Shown here: piece after piece, positions 13,246-25,977 of the stretch | How the letters are laid out: each line of letters starts with the position of its first letter | Numbering within the stretch: position 1 is the first letter of the stretch | NCBI RefSeq assembly: GCF_009914755.1 | Contig: NC_060927.1 | Reading direction: 5' to 3' (one strand) | Source of the DNA: the human T2T-CHM13v2.0 reference genome, Homo sapiens | Length of the DNA stretch: 64,000 nucleotides | The notes under the pieces: model-generated | Told to the model about the DNA's origin: nothing | What the model saw: the letters and a program-made list of their open reading frames with translations, nothing else | Database searches by the model: none | Position numbers and translations under genes: made by a program

Positions 13246-14242
13246 GACTCTGTCTGACTGGCACCAGGAAGGGGTGTATGGAGGAGGCACAAAGGGAAAG
13301 CCACAGAAACCAGAGCACAGGCTATGGACTTGAAGTCCCATACAAAATAGGTGGCAAGCAGGGAGGGAGGCCTACAGTTAATAATCCACTGTATCCAGCA
13401 CATATATAACCTACTACTGATGGTGCTTGGAAGGGAAAAAGACAGAAATATCTTCCCTTTCTGAGCAGATTGGCCAAGTAAAGTGCATTATTTCCCCCTA
13501 GTCTTCACTCTCCTCTTCACAGTGTCTGCTCTCTGCTGCAATGAGCCAAGCTTGCCCGGGTCGTAGTGTGAAGGGCTGACCTCTGAGATGAATAATTTCA
13601 AAATTTCAAGTCTAAAAACTACGATAAAGCTGTCATGAATGGCTGCTGAAGCACTCACCTCAGATGCAGACCAGGAAAATAGCTATTGTACTTCCAGAGA
13701 GCATCTGTGGCCTTCCCTGGGTCCCTGAAGAGAGAATACCAGCAAAGAGAAGAAGGGAGACACAGCCAGATTCAGCCTCACCCATCACAGAATTATTTGA
13801 GCTCAATGCTTTCCGTGTAGCAAAAATGCGGACCAATAGCAGTGAGTTCACCTACCTCGATTTTCCTGCTTTCTCTCTGGCGTCAAATAATCTCAACACA
13901 AAGTACATGCAAATATGGAATACTAGGGCTGGCCACACCACAGTGTGCTGAGTTAATTGTTGATAATTACATGACTGTCAACACTTTCTCAGGAGGTGGG
14001 GATGTCCCCATCACTGGGAGAGTTCATTTATTGAATTACCATTTGGCAGGGATATTATCAAAAGGATACAAACACCAAACTCTGTAAGGTGCCTCTCAAA
14101 GATGATTTGGCTTCATCAAAAAATAAAGATAGATGTTACTGATATGAATAATTATTTACTTAAAATAATGATGAGAGCATATTAACATCTTATAGCACTT
14201 AATTTTCGGAGTTTTATTTACATTTTTTTATCTGTAAGGTAG

Positions 14243-14700
14243 TTAAGGTACCTTTAACTATAGGTAACAAAAACCCAACTCAAATCAGGTTAACCCATAA
14301 AAGAAAAATTATTATGACTTTTACACTAGAAGTGTAGATGAAGAGCAAACTTCAGGGCCGCCTCAGTCTGTGACTCCCAGTCTGCTTCCCAGCGAGTCTC
14401 TGGCCGTGTGGGTCTTTGTGTATCGACTGCTTAAGAAAGGCAGCTGCCGGAAACCTAGGCCTCAATTAGAACAGTGACTCCGGGGAAAGGGTGTTGCTCC
14501 TAGAAACTCAGTAGGAACAAAGAATAATGTTCCTAGAAGTCTCCGGCAAACTTCTCCTCATATCTCATTGGCCAGGGTGTGTCACATGACCCTTCCTGAG
14601 CAACTCACTCGTAGGCCCCCCAGGCCCCCGCTAGAGGGAGGTGAAGTCAGCTTTGCCTGAGGCCTCTGGGCTTCATGCAGGAGGAGGAGATCCCTGAACA
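14243..14700 (-). mobile_element. Old MLT1 (J/K-like) MaLR LTR
   Basis: taacaaaaacccaactcaaatcaggtt...ctcattggccagggtgtgtcacatgacccttcctgagcaactcact. Confidence 0.6.
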
Positions 14701-16108
14701 AAATCAACCCCATTTTGCAAACCAGGAAGCTAAATTTACAGAGAGGTCAGATGATTTGCCTACGTTTATTTTTCTAGTAAGTAGGACCCTCAAGGCCAGA
14801 AATCACTCTTCAGACTTAGTTGGTGATGTTTTTCATTATTTCACATTCAGTCCTTCAAGTTCAATGATTGGGAAACATCTCTGTCATCATTTAGTTTAAA
14901 TCTTCATCCAGAATTCTCCATCTTATCTTAAAAAAACTCTCTAGATAAGATTTGTGTACATATCCAATAATATACCAGTATGTCATATGACATACACAGG
15001 CTAATATAAAATAGAAGCACAATAATTTTTAAAACATAGGACAGTCATAACAGGAAAAACTTGTCTTAACTTTTAATCTCCAGTTAGGATATAATTTAAA
15101 AATTGTAGGAATATAAGATAAATGTTTTAATGGTAGTAAATTAAAAGCAGTAATAGCATACTATTATGCTAAAGAATCTGGATGGACTCCATTTTGCTAG
15201 CTTAACATTTTTCTTGGTAGGCTAATTTTTAAAGCAACAGAAAAATAGTTTATTTTGGAAATGCGGATGAAGCAACTTTAGCCTGCCATCAAAACATAAT
15301 GGAAAAATCAATTAAAATTATTTGTGAGGTGTGTAATTTTTCAAATGACTAGTAAGTCAATCGGCAAAATGAAAAAATGGCCCTTCTCCACTGCTGTTTA
15401 TGGCTATCCCTCTCTGGCTATTCCTTAAGCTGTGTATAGCTATTCTGTACTCTTCTGTCATACTCACCACTTGCGTTCAGCAGCACAAAGCAAGGAACAA
15501 GGAGCTTTGAGGTCTGTTTGCAGGCGGAACAGTGAGGAGCTGGGTTCCTGGTGAGTCAGAGGCACGCTGCCGCCTCTCTGTGTTGATTCAATGGCTGCTC
15601 TACAATGGCGCCTGAGATTTTGCTGAGCTGTGGGTGGCAGGAGTTTTACAACAGTCACAGCTCTGTCTCAGCCTCAAGGAAAAAGTCACAAGCTTTCAGG
15701 TCAGGAGTCATCCAGCTGCCAAAAGTTATTGGCTTGGAGAAAGGAGTTGAGGAATGGAGTCACACAGTGATACAAATGGCCCTCTTTGTCAGAAAGATTA
15801 AGATGCCATAAAGAATGTTGTCAAACCAGCTCTTCCCAGCCCAGTGAGAAACACAAATCTATCCACTTTGGGCAGGCTAAATCCCAGCCTTCAAGTAACC
15901 CCTCAGTGCCCTATGTCTGAAGGAAAGAATACTTCTGTCCTATGGATACTGGCTGAGACTTCTTTCTTTCCCTCTCCACTAAAACTAAGAAAAATAAGGA
16001 GTGGTTAGTGAGAGGTCAGTGTTCCTAAAGACCGGTAGAGGACTCAAAGTTGCTTCCAGGTTTGGAAAGCATTTGGCTTTTCTGAGTGACCTTTCTCTCC
16101 CCTTGCAG

Positions 16109-16188
16109 GTTGCTGAACGGCTGATGACCATCGCCTATGAAAGTGGTGTTAACCTCTTTGATACTGCCGAAGTCTATGCTGCTGGAAA
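16109..16188 (+). CDS. KCNAB1: KCNAB1 coding exon, 80 nt: [26 protein letters not shown](K)
   Basis: Acceptor ctttctctccccttgcag| and donor AA|gtaagt. Contains the AKR motif FDTAEVY (catalytic Asp and Tyr). Phase 0 to 2. Confidence 0.98.
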
Positions 16189-18482
16189 GTAAGTCAGTAC
16201 CTGTTTGTGTCACTCAAATGGCATCTGTAGCACCAAAAGAATCAGCCCAGACCATTTCCAGCATGTTGGTGAAAAGGTTCTGTCCTTTCTCCACGTGTTG
16301 GCAGCTCTGCTCTGTTCTGCCCTCTACCACCATTACTAGAATTGGGGATATTGACTGTCTCTGGCACTCTCTGCTCACCCAAACCTTCCTGCTTCTGGAC
16401 CCTGTATGAAGAATGGGCTGAAGGGGTATATGACCAGGAAGCAATTGCCATGTCTATGTGAGGGGCAGCGGAGTCTGATGCCAGAGTAGTGGCAGAGGAG
16501 ATTGAGAAGTATTAGTTGAATACGTGAGTGACCAAATGAATGAACAGATTCCAAAATGGTTGCTCAAAAGTTAGTCTTTTTATTTCATAACCATATCTCA
16601 TAGTTTTTCAGCCCCTGAGGAACTGGGACATCCTCCTTGCAGGGAAACAGGAGCTCTCACTGTTGAACTGCCTGTCCCTACACTAGCATTACAGAAAGAT
16701 TAGACGTCAAAGTCAGGATCCCCCAAGATGCCAAAGAATCTATCATCTTTTGTAAGAGGGGATCTCAGAGCCCATTCTGAGGACAGGAAGGGCTGCAGAG
16801 AGTCCTCGCTTCTTTTGTGAAAGGAGTCACATCCAACTGCAACCTTCCTTTGAACCCAAGGCAGATTTGGAGCCCTAAGACAGGGCTTGTTAAACCAGAA
16901 CACATAGGAAATGCGCCAGGCCAGGCCTCAAGGTTCAGGCCATCCAAGTCCCAGCCTAACCAGCACATTTCAGAATAGATCTGGGGCTCCCTGGCCTCCT
17001 ACTGGGAACATGGATGTCCAGCTCTCAGAACCAAGGAAACTAAATAGCTGCCCAGCTGTTTGAACAGCTCTGCAATTTTCTAACTGAACTGTGAGGTATA
17101 ATCACCTGCAGGCCTAATTCACCTCCTTCCAGGTTAGAATTACAATCAAATTGCTGGACTTGCTGAATCAGGATGATCAGTGGATGGTCCCAGTGCATTT
17201 TCCTTGCATGAGTTTCCTCCTTTTCAAGAAGAGGTCTATGTTTAAGGACCATCAAGGAGGTTCAGAGCTCACATTCTTGATGCTTTCTGTTGAATCCAAG
17301 GAGAGAAAGTAAAGGTTATATGGTCTTGCTCCTTTCTGCCTTCTACCCCTTTCCATTGTTTTCTTCTTGTGGAATCCTGCTTAGTACCAAATGGCACTAA
17401 GGTAGAAAAAGGGAGAAGTAAGTAGCAAGTCTGTTAGAGTCCTGTTTGTATTACTCCTGTGAGGATAATCGCTCTGATTAATTATTGATTGTCGGTCTAT
17501 AATTGAGATAGGTTTCCACTGTGAAATGCAAGGTTGCAAAAGGTAAAGGAGAGATAGGGAAAAACAAAAGCAACACCAATGTAAGACTCAATGCTTGTCT
17601 CTTTGGGGCATGCTCCACAGCTAACCCGCATCATGGCTTATTGCAAGCTATACACTCTAACAAAGACAGAACTCTCACTTAAGACCAATAATGACTAGCC
17701 ATGACTCCCATCCATAGCATCCTAATGGACAAGGTGCTAATTCCACTGATCTCCCATTCACTAAGCCTCTGAGACCCCAGCTGCTTCTGACAATGTTGGT
17801 CTTACTGGGAGGGACATAGAACATTTGTCTCCTCAATCTTGGGTCCCAGCCTGGGTAGGTGGAAGAGGAGAGGATGGTGGATGCCTTCAGTATGCCTCTG
17901 CAACCCAGCCTTAGGGGCAGGAAGGACACTTCGTTATGTCTTCCTCTGTTTTGCTCCTATGACAAAGTTTGTCACTGGAACCTAAGATGTTCTGTACGCG
18001 AGTGTTCTCTATGTGGGACATCTAAACCCACACATCGGTTCTCAGTTTATACCTGGGAGCAAATATTTTTTATCTAAACAATGTGAGGTGTCATTGTTCT
18101 CCATAGTCACAATTGAATTGCTTCACAGCAATTAGAAGGAAAACTGACTCCCTTTGGACACTACCAAGCTGGACATTTATATATGGGATCATTGGTTCAA
18201 AAACACCAAACTGCAAAATGACTGCTGCTGCTTAGTATCAGGACTGCAGGCGGTCTCCTGCCAGCGTGTCAGGATTTGGCAGGTGCTTCTGGAATGCTCC
18301 GGAGCAGGATTTTGCAGGCACAAGCAGAAACAGCGGAAACTGTGCTACCAGCCGAGAGCGGCTTCTATTTTCGGGATATGTAGGCACTGAGAGTTCAAAC
18401 AAGGAATGGTTCTTGTGTTCTGGATTGACTCTTGCTTTTCCAGGACACTGCATTCTAAGACATTATCTGTTTCCCCTTCCAG

Positions 18483-18527
18483 GGCTGAAGTGATTCTGGG
18501 GAGCATCATCAAGAAGAAAGGCTGGAG
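18483..18527 (+). CDS. KCNAB1: KCNAB1 coding exon, 45 nt: (K)AEVILGSIIKKKGW(R)
   Basis: Acceptor tttccccttccag| and donor AG|gtattg. In frame with both neighbours. Phase 2 to 2. Confidence 0.97.
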
Positions 18528-19815
18528 GTATTGCATTCGCCATAATTATTTGTTTTTAAAAAGGTATTATTTTGCACCAGAGAAGGAAAAATAAAATTAT
18601 ATGACACCTGACCAAAAGGCTGTCAAAAAAAATCAACTGTTTTTAAAGCAATGATTTATAGTGGCTTGAAAATAAATGCCGGCAAGTTCACTTCTGGAGC
18701 TTCAAAAATTACTGACTAGTCATTGATCACAATGAATTACCAAAGAGTTGAGCAGAGAAGGGGGGGATGTTCATGAAATATTTGTGCATGAAAAAGTGAC
18801 AATTTCATGGCTTCTGACTGCCATTTGTGCTAATCTCTTGCAGGAAGTAACTTGACAAGAAGCTGATTATCCCCCCACACACATGCATTTATGTTTGCTG
18901 TTTATTTTATTAACTCTGGATGCAAAGGAATGATGAAACAAGAAGACTTTGGGATAAATACCCCAAAGCTTTCTTATCTGAACACATTTAGTCAGCATCT
19001 CTCCTGTGTGCCCAGGAACCCTATTATCTGGCTATTCAGAACAATGCTTCATCTGCTATCCTTGAGAAACATGAGGGGCTGTGCTTACACGTCCCTTTCC
19101 AACACCTCCTGTAGCCAAAGATAGTGGTAATAAGGGAAGCTATAACATCTATGGGCAGTGGGGAGGTAATACTTCCCCATTTCACTATAGATTTCAGCCC
19201 CAACAGCCACTACTTCCCCAGCACGAGTACAGAATTAAGCAAAGCCCAGCAAAGGTTACTGAACAAGTTTGGGGTCCTCCTCTGCCCTGGCATAATATCT
19301 GCTGATTACCAAATAAATGACAGTGTAATGATATTAGTGAAGACAACTGTGGAAAGAGCTGTGTACTCATGCTTCAACACTTAGCATGTATTTTCTAAAA
19401 TTTAGTCTAGAGAAAATGGACATTCTCAAAGAGTTCAAGAGTGGTTTTATTATGCTTTTGCACACATGATTTAAACTCTCTCTAGGAAGCAAAACTAAGA
19501 AGGTGAAACAGACCCATGTATTTTTAGGGCTGCTTACTCCCCACTCTGAGATAAACTTTTGGTAGGAATAGAGGGCCCTGTGGAAACAGAAAACCAAATA
19601 TTTATAGAGATATGAACAAATAAACTTTGATGACCTACTTTCTCCTTCTCCCTTCTCCCTCTCCCCCATCCCAGGGAACTGTAAGGATGTTAATAGAAAA
19701 CTATATTCCACCTTATATATGGAAAAACATTCATGTTCCCACTCAGTCCTTCACCTTGCCTGAGTTACTTTCCCACTCAGAGTATTGGTTTACCCATCAC
19801 TGCCTAAATAGAGAC

Positions 19816-20240
19816 TGTATCCATTCGCTATGGTTGCTGCAACAAAGGACCAGAAACTGGGTAACTTAAAATAACAGAAATTTATTCTTGCATGTTTCTG
19901 GAGGCCAGAAATCCAAAATCAAGGTTTGACTTCAGGGTTGGCAGGGCCATGCTCCCTCTGACATTCTGGGTAAAGTTCTTCCTTGCTTCCTCTTAGCTTC
20001 CAGTGGTTGCCAGCCATCCTGGGCATTCCTTGACCTGCAGCTGCAGCACTTTAACTCTTCTCTCATGTGTCTAAGTGTCTTCTGATAAAGACACCAGTCA
20101 TATTGGATTACGGGCCTCCTCTACCTATTAACTAATTATATCTGCAGTGATCCTATTTCCAAATAAGCTCACATTCTGAGGTTCTGTGGGTTAGGACTTT
20201 AACATATCTTTTTGGGGTACACACTTCTTCAATTATAACA
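19816..20240 (-). mobile_element. MLT1 (B-D-like) MaLR solo LTR
   Basis: aacagaaatttattcttgcatgtttctggaggccagaaatccaaaatcaagg...cctatttccaaataagctcacattctgagg...ttaggactttaacatatctttttgggg. Confidence 0.8.
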
Positions 20241-22357
20241 GAAACCTTGGAGATAATTCCACTAATAGTACAGTGAGGTCTGCAACAAGGCGTAGGCTGC
20301 TGGAGTACATCTAAGGAAGGAGGGAAAGTATCGGTGCAGTAGCTCTTTTCTTTCTTAACACCCAGAGAACATTAAATTATCACTCTCCATAGCTGCAGAA
20401 CCTATTTTATATACCTTTTGTAGAAAATAGATCACCATGCATTTTCCACAAACTGCCTTTCATTCTTGCAAATAAAAACTCAAGCTATTATTATACTCCA
20501 TAATGTTTATATCAGTTCACAGTTGCCCCCGTGAGACTGGTGAAAAGATAAACCATATCATCATAGCTTTGAGCCTATAAAAGCTGTTTCAACTAGCACA
20601 CTTGACTTCTGGTCCTGGCGCTACCACTTGCTAGCTGTGTTATCCAGGACAAGTTATTACACCTCTCTGATTCTCAATTTACCCACCTGTAAAATGGACA
20701 GCATAACAGTTCATGAAGTGTCATGCTGACAGAGTGAGATAAGGTATGCAAAAGCATTTTGAAGGCTGTGCTGTATCACTGTAAAATACATTATCATTCT
20801 CTACCCACTCAGAAGAGTTGCTCTAATAGCCTCTGTGGGAGTCAGTGACAATTTGCCAGGCTGCTGTCTACTCTTGCTCTTTGAACATATAGTTAATGTG
20901 CATATCCATATAGGCCAAATGTTTTACAGGAAGCCTAACTTTGAAAAACTAAGTCTGTGGCAGTGTTTGTATAGAATATGCAGCTTTGAATAATCAAAAG
21001 GACTGCATTCATTTTTTATAATATTCCATCCAGCTTTTTGTTGAAGGTTGAAAGTGCTAAAGGAGACCGGGCTCCCCTGTGGCAGATTGCTATTATAATA
21101 GGTATCATGAGGTTGATGTATTAACCTGGAAAGTACATCAGCCCTTTCAGGTTGTGTTATCTCCAGGTACATGTATTTATCGACCTTCCATTATAGTGAT
21201 TCAAATTACTTTTGGGGGGATTCACTTCAGTGGGATGGGGCTGCTAACATTTTCAACAAATTTTTCTTGTTGCAACCAAGTTGTCAGAGTTGTCACCATC
21301 ATTCCCCATTGGTTATCATTAATCATACTAGGTTTTTATACCTGAGAGCCCTGAGGCGTTGACCCTACAGATGATGGAATTATAAACGCCTTATTTCAAG
21401 CGCTCCTGAAGATTGGCCTTAACCTTTGAATCTCAAATGATGTTTTCTCTAGACCAGTGCGATCAAATTACATACCGAGGGAAACCAAATTGCACTGAGA
21501 TCTGCTTCCCAATTTTATTGTATACCTGTAGTTCTCAAGACATATTTCTTATTCCATGATCATAATGCTAGGATTGCATTTCCTGCCCTTGGTTGTGGCT
21601 TTCAGAAGGTAATAAGTTTGCTGATGAGATATGCACATTTCATTCCCCTAGCAGTAAAATGGTAGAAACTTGAGTTAAGGACTTTAGGACTGTTTTCCTA
21701 AAATGACATTTCCATTTAATAAGACACTCAAAGACATTTTTTTCCTGTTTGTTCTAAATATTTACTATTATAATTCACTTCATCATTTAAATGTCTATGT
21801 AGTCAGTTCCTGCCTGTGAATGTGATGTTAGAAGGGATAATAACTTGGAGCCACAAGGATCCATGTTCCTTGGCAGAGTGGAGTCCTCCTGGGAGGAGTT
21901 CATATGCAATCAGCGTGAGGCCAGATACTGAATACGTGTTCATTGTTGTTTGTTCATTTGACTTACTAAAGCAATTCATCCCCTCAGTCTTTTCACTTTC
22001 ATCCCCACACGCCATTTCTGACCCTCCATGCTGGCCCACCACTCACCTTTACTTTGCTATGTCGACATGGGCTTGCTGTCAGTTCCCAATCTGACTTGTT
22101 ATCACTGCCCTCCACCTCCTCCAGGCAAAGATCATTTCCATTCAGCCTCTTCCTCTAGGATCCGACTTTGAGTCCCCCGCACTAGCTTCCCTTTGTCTTT
22201 ATTTCAGTGAGATGGATTAACAAATTTACCTCTTTACCAATTTTTAAAATGTGAGGTATAATAACAAATTCTTTCTGGTGCTATTATAATAATATGACTC
22301 GGTACAATAACCTGCATTTATTTACTACTTCTCTGTGTTTGTCTTTTTGATATACAG

Positions 22358-22402
22358 GAGGTCCAGTCTGGTCATAACAACCAAACTCTACTGGGGTGGA
22401 AA
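22358..22402 (+). CDS. KCNAB1: KCNAB1 coding exon, 45 nt: (R)RSSLVITTKLYWGG(K)
   Basis: Acceptor tttttgatatacag| and donor AA|gtaagt. TTKLYWGG contains the AKR catalytic Lys (KLYW is Kvbeta1; Kvbeta2 has KIFW). Phase 2 to 2. Confidence 0.97.
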
Positions 22403-23141
22403 GTAAGTTATTTTTCCTACTAAACAGAAAACAACTAGTAGTTCATGCTTTTTTGCTGTTAGGCAGTTATTTTACATATAACGTACCAAAATTAATTGGC
22501 TTAGAGAGAGGGTTTTTTGTTTTTTTTTTGTTTTTTTCTCACACTAAGGAAATAGCAATTAGCCTAAGATTTCATTTTAGCAAGGTAATCCCAAAGAAAT
22601 TTAGTGCAAAGCATGTGGTCACTTGTTACTAAGTGATTAATGTAGATTTTTCAAATACCAATCTCATACTTAGAATCATTTCCAAAATAGAGTTCAAATT
22701 TGAGGAAAGAAAAATAGGCACAAAGCATCACAGAAGAAAAGTCACTCAAATCTGCCAAAACTCAGAGACTTCTACAGAATGCAAAGATAAAAATATCTTG
22801 TCTGGCTCCATGTCTAAGTCTCTGATCATTTCTGCAGAGGGCTCTGAAAGTGCTGATCAAAAGGACCATCTCACTGGAGAATAACATGGAGCTACCTGTA
22901 TCACTCGCTGTCAGGCCAAATGAAAGAGAAATGCTCTCTGTTGTGGGATACAGAGAAGATTTCACAGGATGAATTGGCTTCTTATGGGCCTGCTGGCATT
23001 TGAACTGGTACTTACATTATTCAGCAGGACTTAGAAGGCTGGCCTTTTTGACAAACATGTAAGAAAACAGCAAGATATTCCATATACCAGAGCAATCATT
23101 GGTACTGTGCTTTTCCATCTTTGAGACAGAAATCGCAAAAA

Positions 23142-23165
23142 AATAATAATAATAATAATAATAAT
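23142..23165. repeat. (AAT)8 microsatellite
   Basis: Read directly. Confidence 0.9.
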
Positions 23166-24298
23166 GCTGGAGTTTTAACAAAAAGCAAAAACAAACAAAA
23201 CCTTATTTACCTTCCTATAATTGATAGGGAATTTTTTTTAATTAGAGGCAGAGGCCAATTCTTCTTTAGGAACCTTCTAATCAAAATGTCTATGTGTATA
23301 TACACACTTGCAAACACATACTCTATTTTGTTGTTGGTTTTGAGCCTATTTATAATGATATGAAGACAGAAAGATGGAATTTAAATTTTTTATTCCTGTA
23401 GTAATCTGTACAAAAATAAAGCAACATCATGCCTATGAGAAATGTGGATTTTCATTGCCCGAGCTTTGATTCACAGTGCCATTGCTCAGTGCTTTCGAAA
23501 TGCTACAAAACCTTTCAGGAAATGAGACAGTCTGCAAGAACCATTATATAGTAGAATATGTAGTAGAATACTACCTACGGTATTACTAATGTACTTATTA
23601 AGAATACCAAATAAGAATACATTCACAAAAGTGAATGGTAAATATTATATTTAAAAAGAAGCTGCCAAAGGTATTGATGTTGAAGAAACATGTTATGGAT
23701 ACTTTAAAATTCAAGTACCATATTTCATTCTAATTGGCCAGAGCTTGAGAATTGGGAAGGCAAAAGTCCTTATGATTAAGGGTCTGTCTTCTGGGGGTAC
23801 GAATTTAAGGAACATTTGCTTCATCACATTTTAATTTAGTTTTAAAATTTATTTTGGAAGTCAAAAGGCACTTCCAAATTTGCTTCCTTTATCAGAAAAG
23901 CTAACAAAAAAGTTCAGCAGCCTGGCAATCTTACAATAAACTCACAAACCTATGTCAAGCCTTTTTATTTTCTCTAGATTGGTTAAGAACAAGGTGAAAA
24001 GGTCGTACAGTGTCTTGAGTTAAATATGGACAGAGTGTACGTGGCTGAGTTGCTGTTAACTGGAGCCTGGTGTTGAGCATGTTAGTGGCTTGGTGACAGT
24101 CGTGGATGATTCATCTACTGAGATCTCCAAAGAAAAGGGGTTCAGTGTGTTGCCCACCAGACTTCTCTCCTTAGCCTCCCTCCAGTGGTGTAGAATTTGA
24201 TAAGAACAGGGTGCAAAATTAGCAATTCAGACCAGAGATTTAGAGAAGAAAAGAAAGCACACTCTCATTCAAAGTTATTTGCTTCTTTTTCTTGGCAG

Positions 24299-24342
24299 AG
24301 CTGAAACAGAAAGAGGGCTGTCAAGAAAGCATATTATTGAAG
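24299..24342 (+). CDS. KCNAB1: KCNAB1 coding exon, 44 nt: (K)AETERGLSRKHIIE(G)
   Basis: Acceptor cttctttttcttggcag| and donor AAG|gtgggt. Phase 2 to 1. Confidence 0.97.
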
Positions 24343-24614
24343 GTGGGTACTTCTGCTTCAATTTTATTTTTGGTTGTGGGCCCCTCATTCAAGAAAGGTA
24401 TCAACCAAACAAATTCAGAACACACTGGAAGAGGAAAAAGTTCTATATGAAAAGTGCCACAATCAACCAAGTTTCTTCTTGGGGTTAAATATAGGGAATG
24501 CAGAGATGTAGAGGGGAGAATGGGAACTCAAAAGGAAAAGGCAAAATTGTATAGAACTCTTCTCATTTTCAGCTATTACTAATATTAATAAAACATTCTC
24601 ATAAGACTTTTTAA

Positions 24615-25290
24615 AAGAGCTTTATTGAGATATAATGTACGTATCATGAAAGTTTACCCATTTAAAGTGTACATTTCATTTGTTCTGAGTATAATTACGG
24701 AGTTGTACACCAAACACCCTAATCTAATGTGAAAACATTTTTATCCCCCCTAAAATAAACTTTATACCCACTAGAAGACACTCCCTATCACCTCCTCACC
24801 CCCTCCCACAGTCCCAAGCAACCATAAATCTACTTTTTATCTCTATAGATTTGACAATTCTGGACATTTCATGTAAATGAGATCTCATGATATATGATAT
24901 TTTGTAACTGATTTCTTTCACTTAGCATAATGTTCATTCATGTTGTAGCGCATGTCAGTATTTTATCCCTTTCTTTGCCAAGTAATAGTCCACTATATGG
25001 ATAGCCACATTTTGTTTATCCATTTATCAGTTAAAGTGCGTTTGGCTTATTTTCACTTTTTGGCTACTCTGAATAATGCTGCTATGAACATTTGTGTGCA
25101 AATTTTTGTGTAGACATATGTTAAGACTACTATAGTTTTTAGTTTTTATTTTATTATTATTTAGATTTTTTCATATATATATTTTATTTCAATAGCTTTT
25201 GGGGTACGAGTAGTTTTTGGTTACATGATGAATTGTATAGTAGTGACCTCTAAGGCTTTAATGCACTCATCACTGAGTAGTATACTATAC
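24615..25290 (-). mobile_element. L1MB-like 3' end (24615-25120) followed by a short L1PB-like 3' end
   Basis: gctttattgagatataat...ctctatagatttgacaattctggacatttcatgtaaatg, then tttcaatagcttttggggtac...ttggttacatg. Confidence 0.75.
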
Positions 25291-25592
25291 TGTTTTAGAA
25301 GGGAATATACATATGCATAAAAAATGTGTAGAAAATTACCACTAGGTAATTGATTCCTGGTGCATTACTTTTGCAAGGCACCCAAAACTTTGTATAATTT
25401 AGAAATAAACAGGAAATAAAACAGTCAACAAGAACCATTATGTAATAAAGTACTACTACTCTACTTAATCGTGAAGATTGTGAGAATTGTGAGTAATTTT
25501 TATTTCTTGCTTGTCTATATATTATCAAACTTTACACTTATACTTTTTGCAGTAAAGAAAAATGTTAAGAGTTTATACTAGTTCGTGAAGTA

Positions 25593-25977
25593 CAGATGCT
25601 CCCAAATTTATGATGGGATTACATCTCAATAAACCCATCTTAAATTGAGAATATCTTAAGCTGAAAATGCGTTTAATACACCTAACCTACTAAACATCAT
25701 AGCTTAGCCTAGCCTACCTTAAATATGCTTAAAACACTTACATTGCCCTACAGTTGGGTAAAACCATCTAACACAAAGCCTATTTTATAATAAAGGCTAT
25801 TTTATAATAAATTAAATGTCACATGCATTAATAATTTATTGAATACTGTTCTGAAAGTGAAAAACAGAATGTTGTATGGAAACTCCATGTACAGTTTCTA
25901 CTAAATGCATATCACTTTCACTACATCATAAAGTTGAAAAACCATAAGTCAAACCATTGTAAGTTGTGAACTATCTG
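25593..25977 (+). mobile_element. MER47A (Tigger family) MITE with TA target duplication
   Basis: ta|cagatgctccc...catagcttagcctagcctaccttaaa...aactatctg|ta. Carries a small internal duplication ctattttataataaa (25780-25794 and 25797-25811). Confidence 0.85.
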
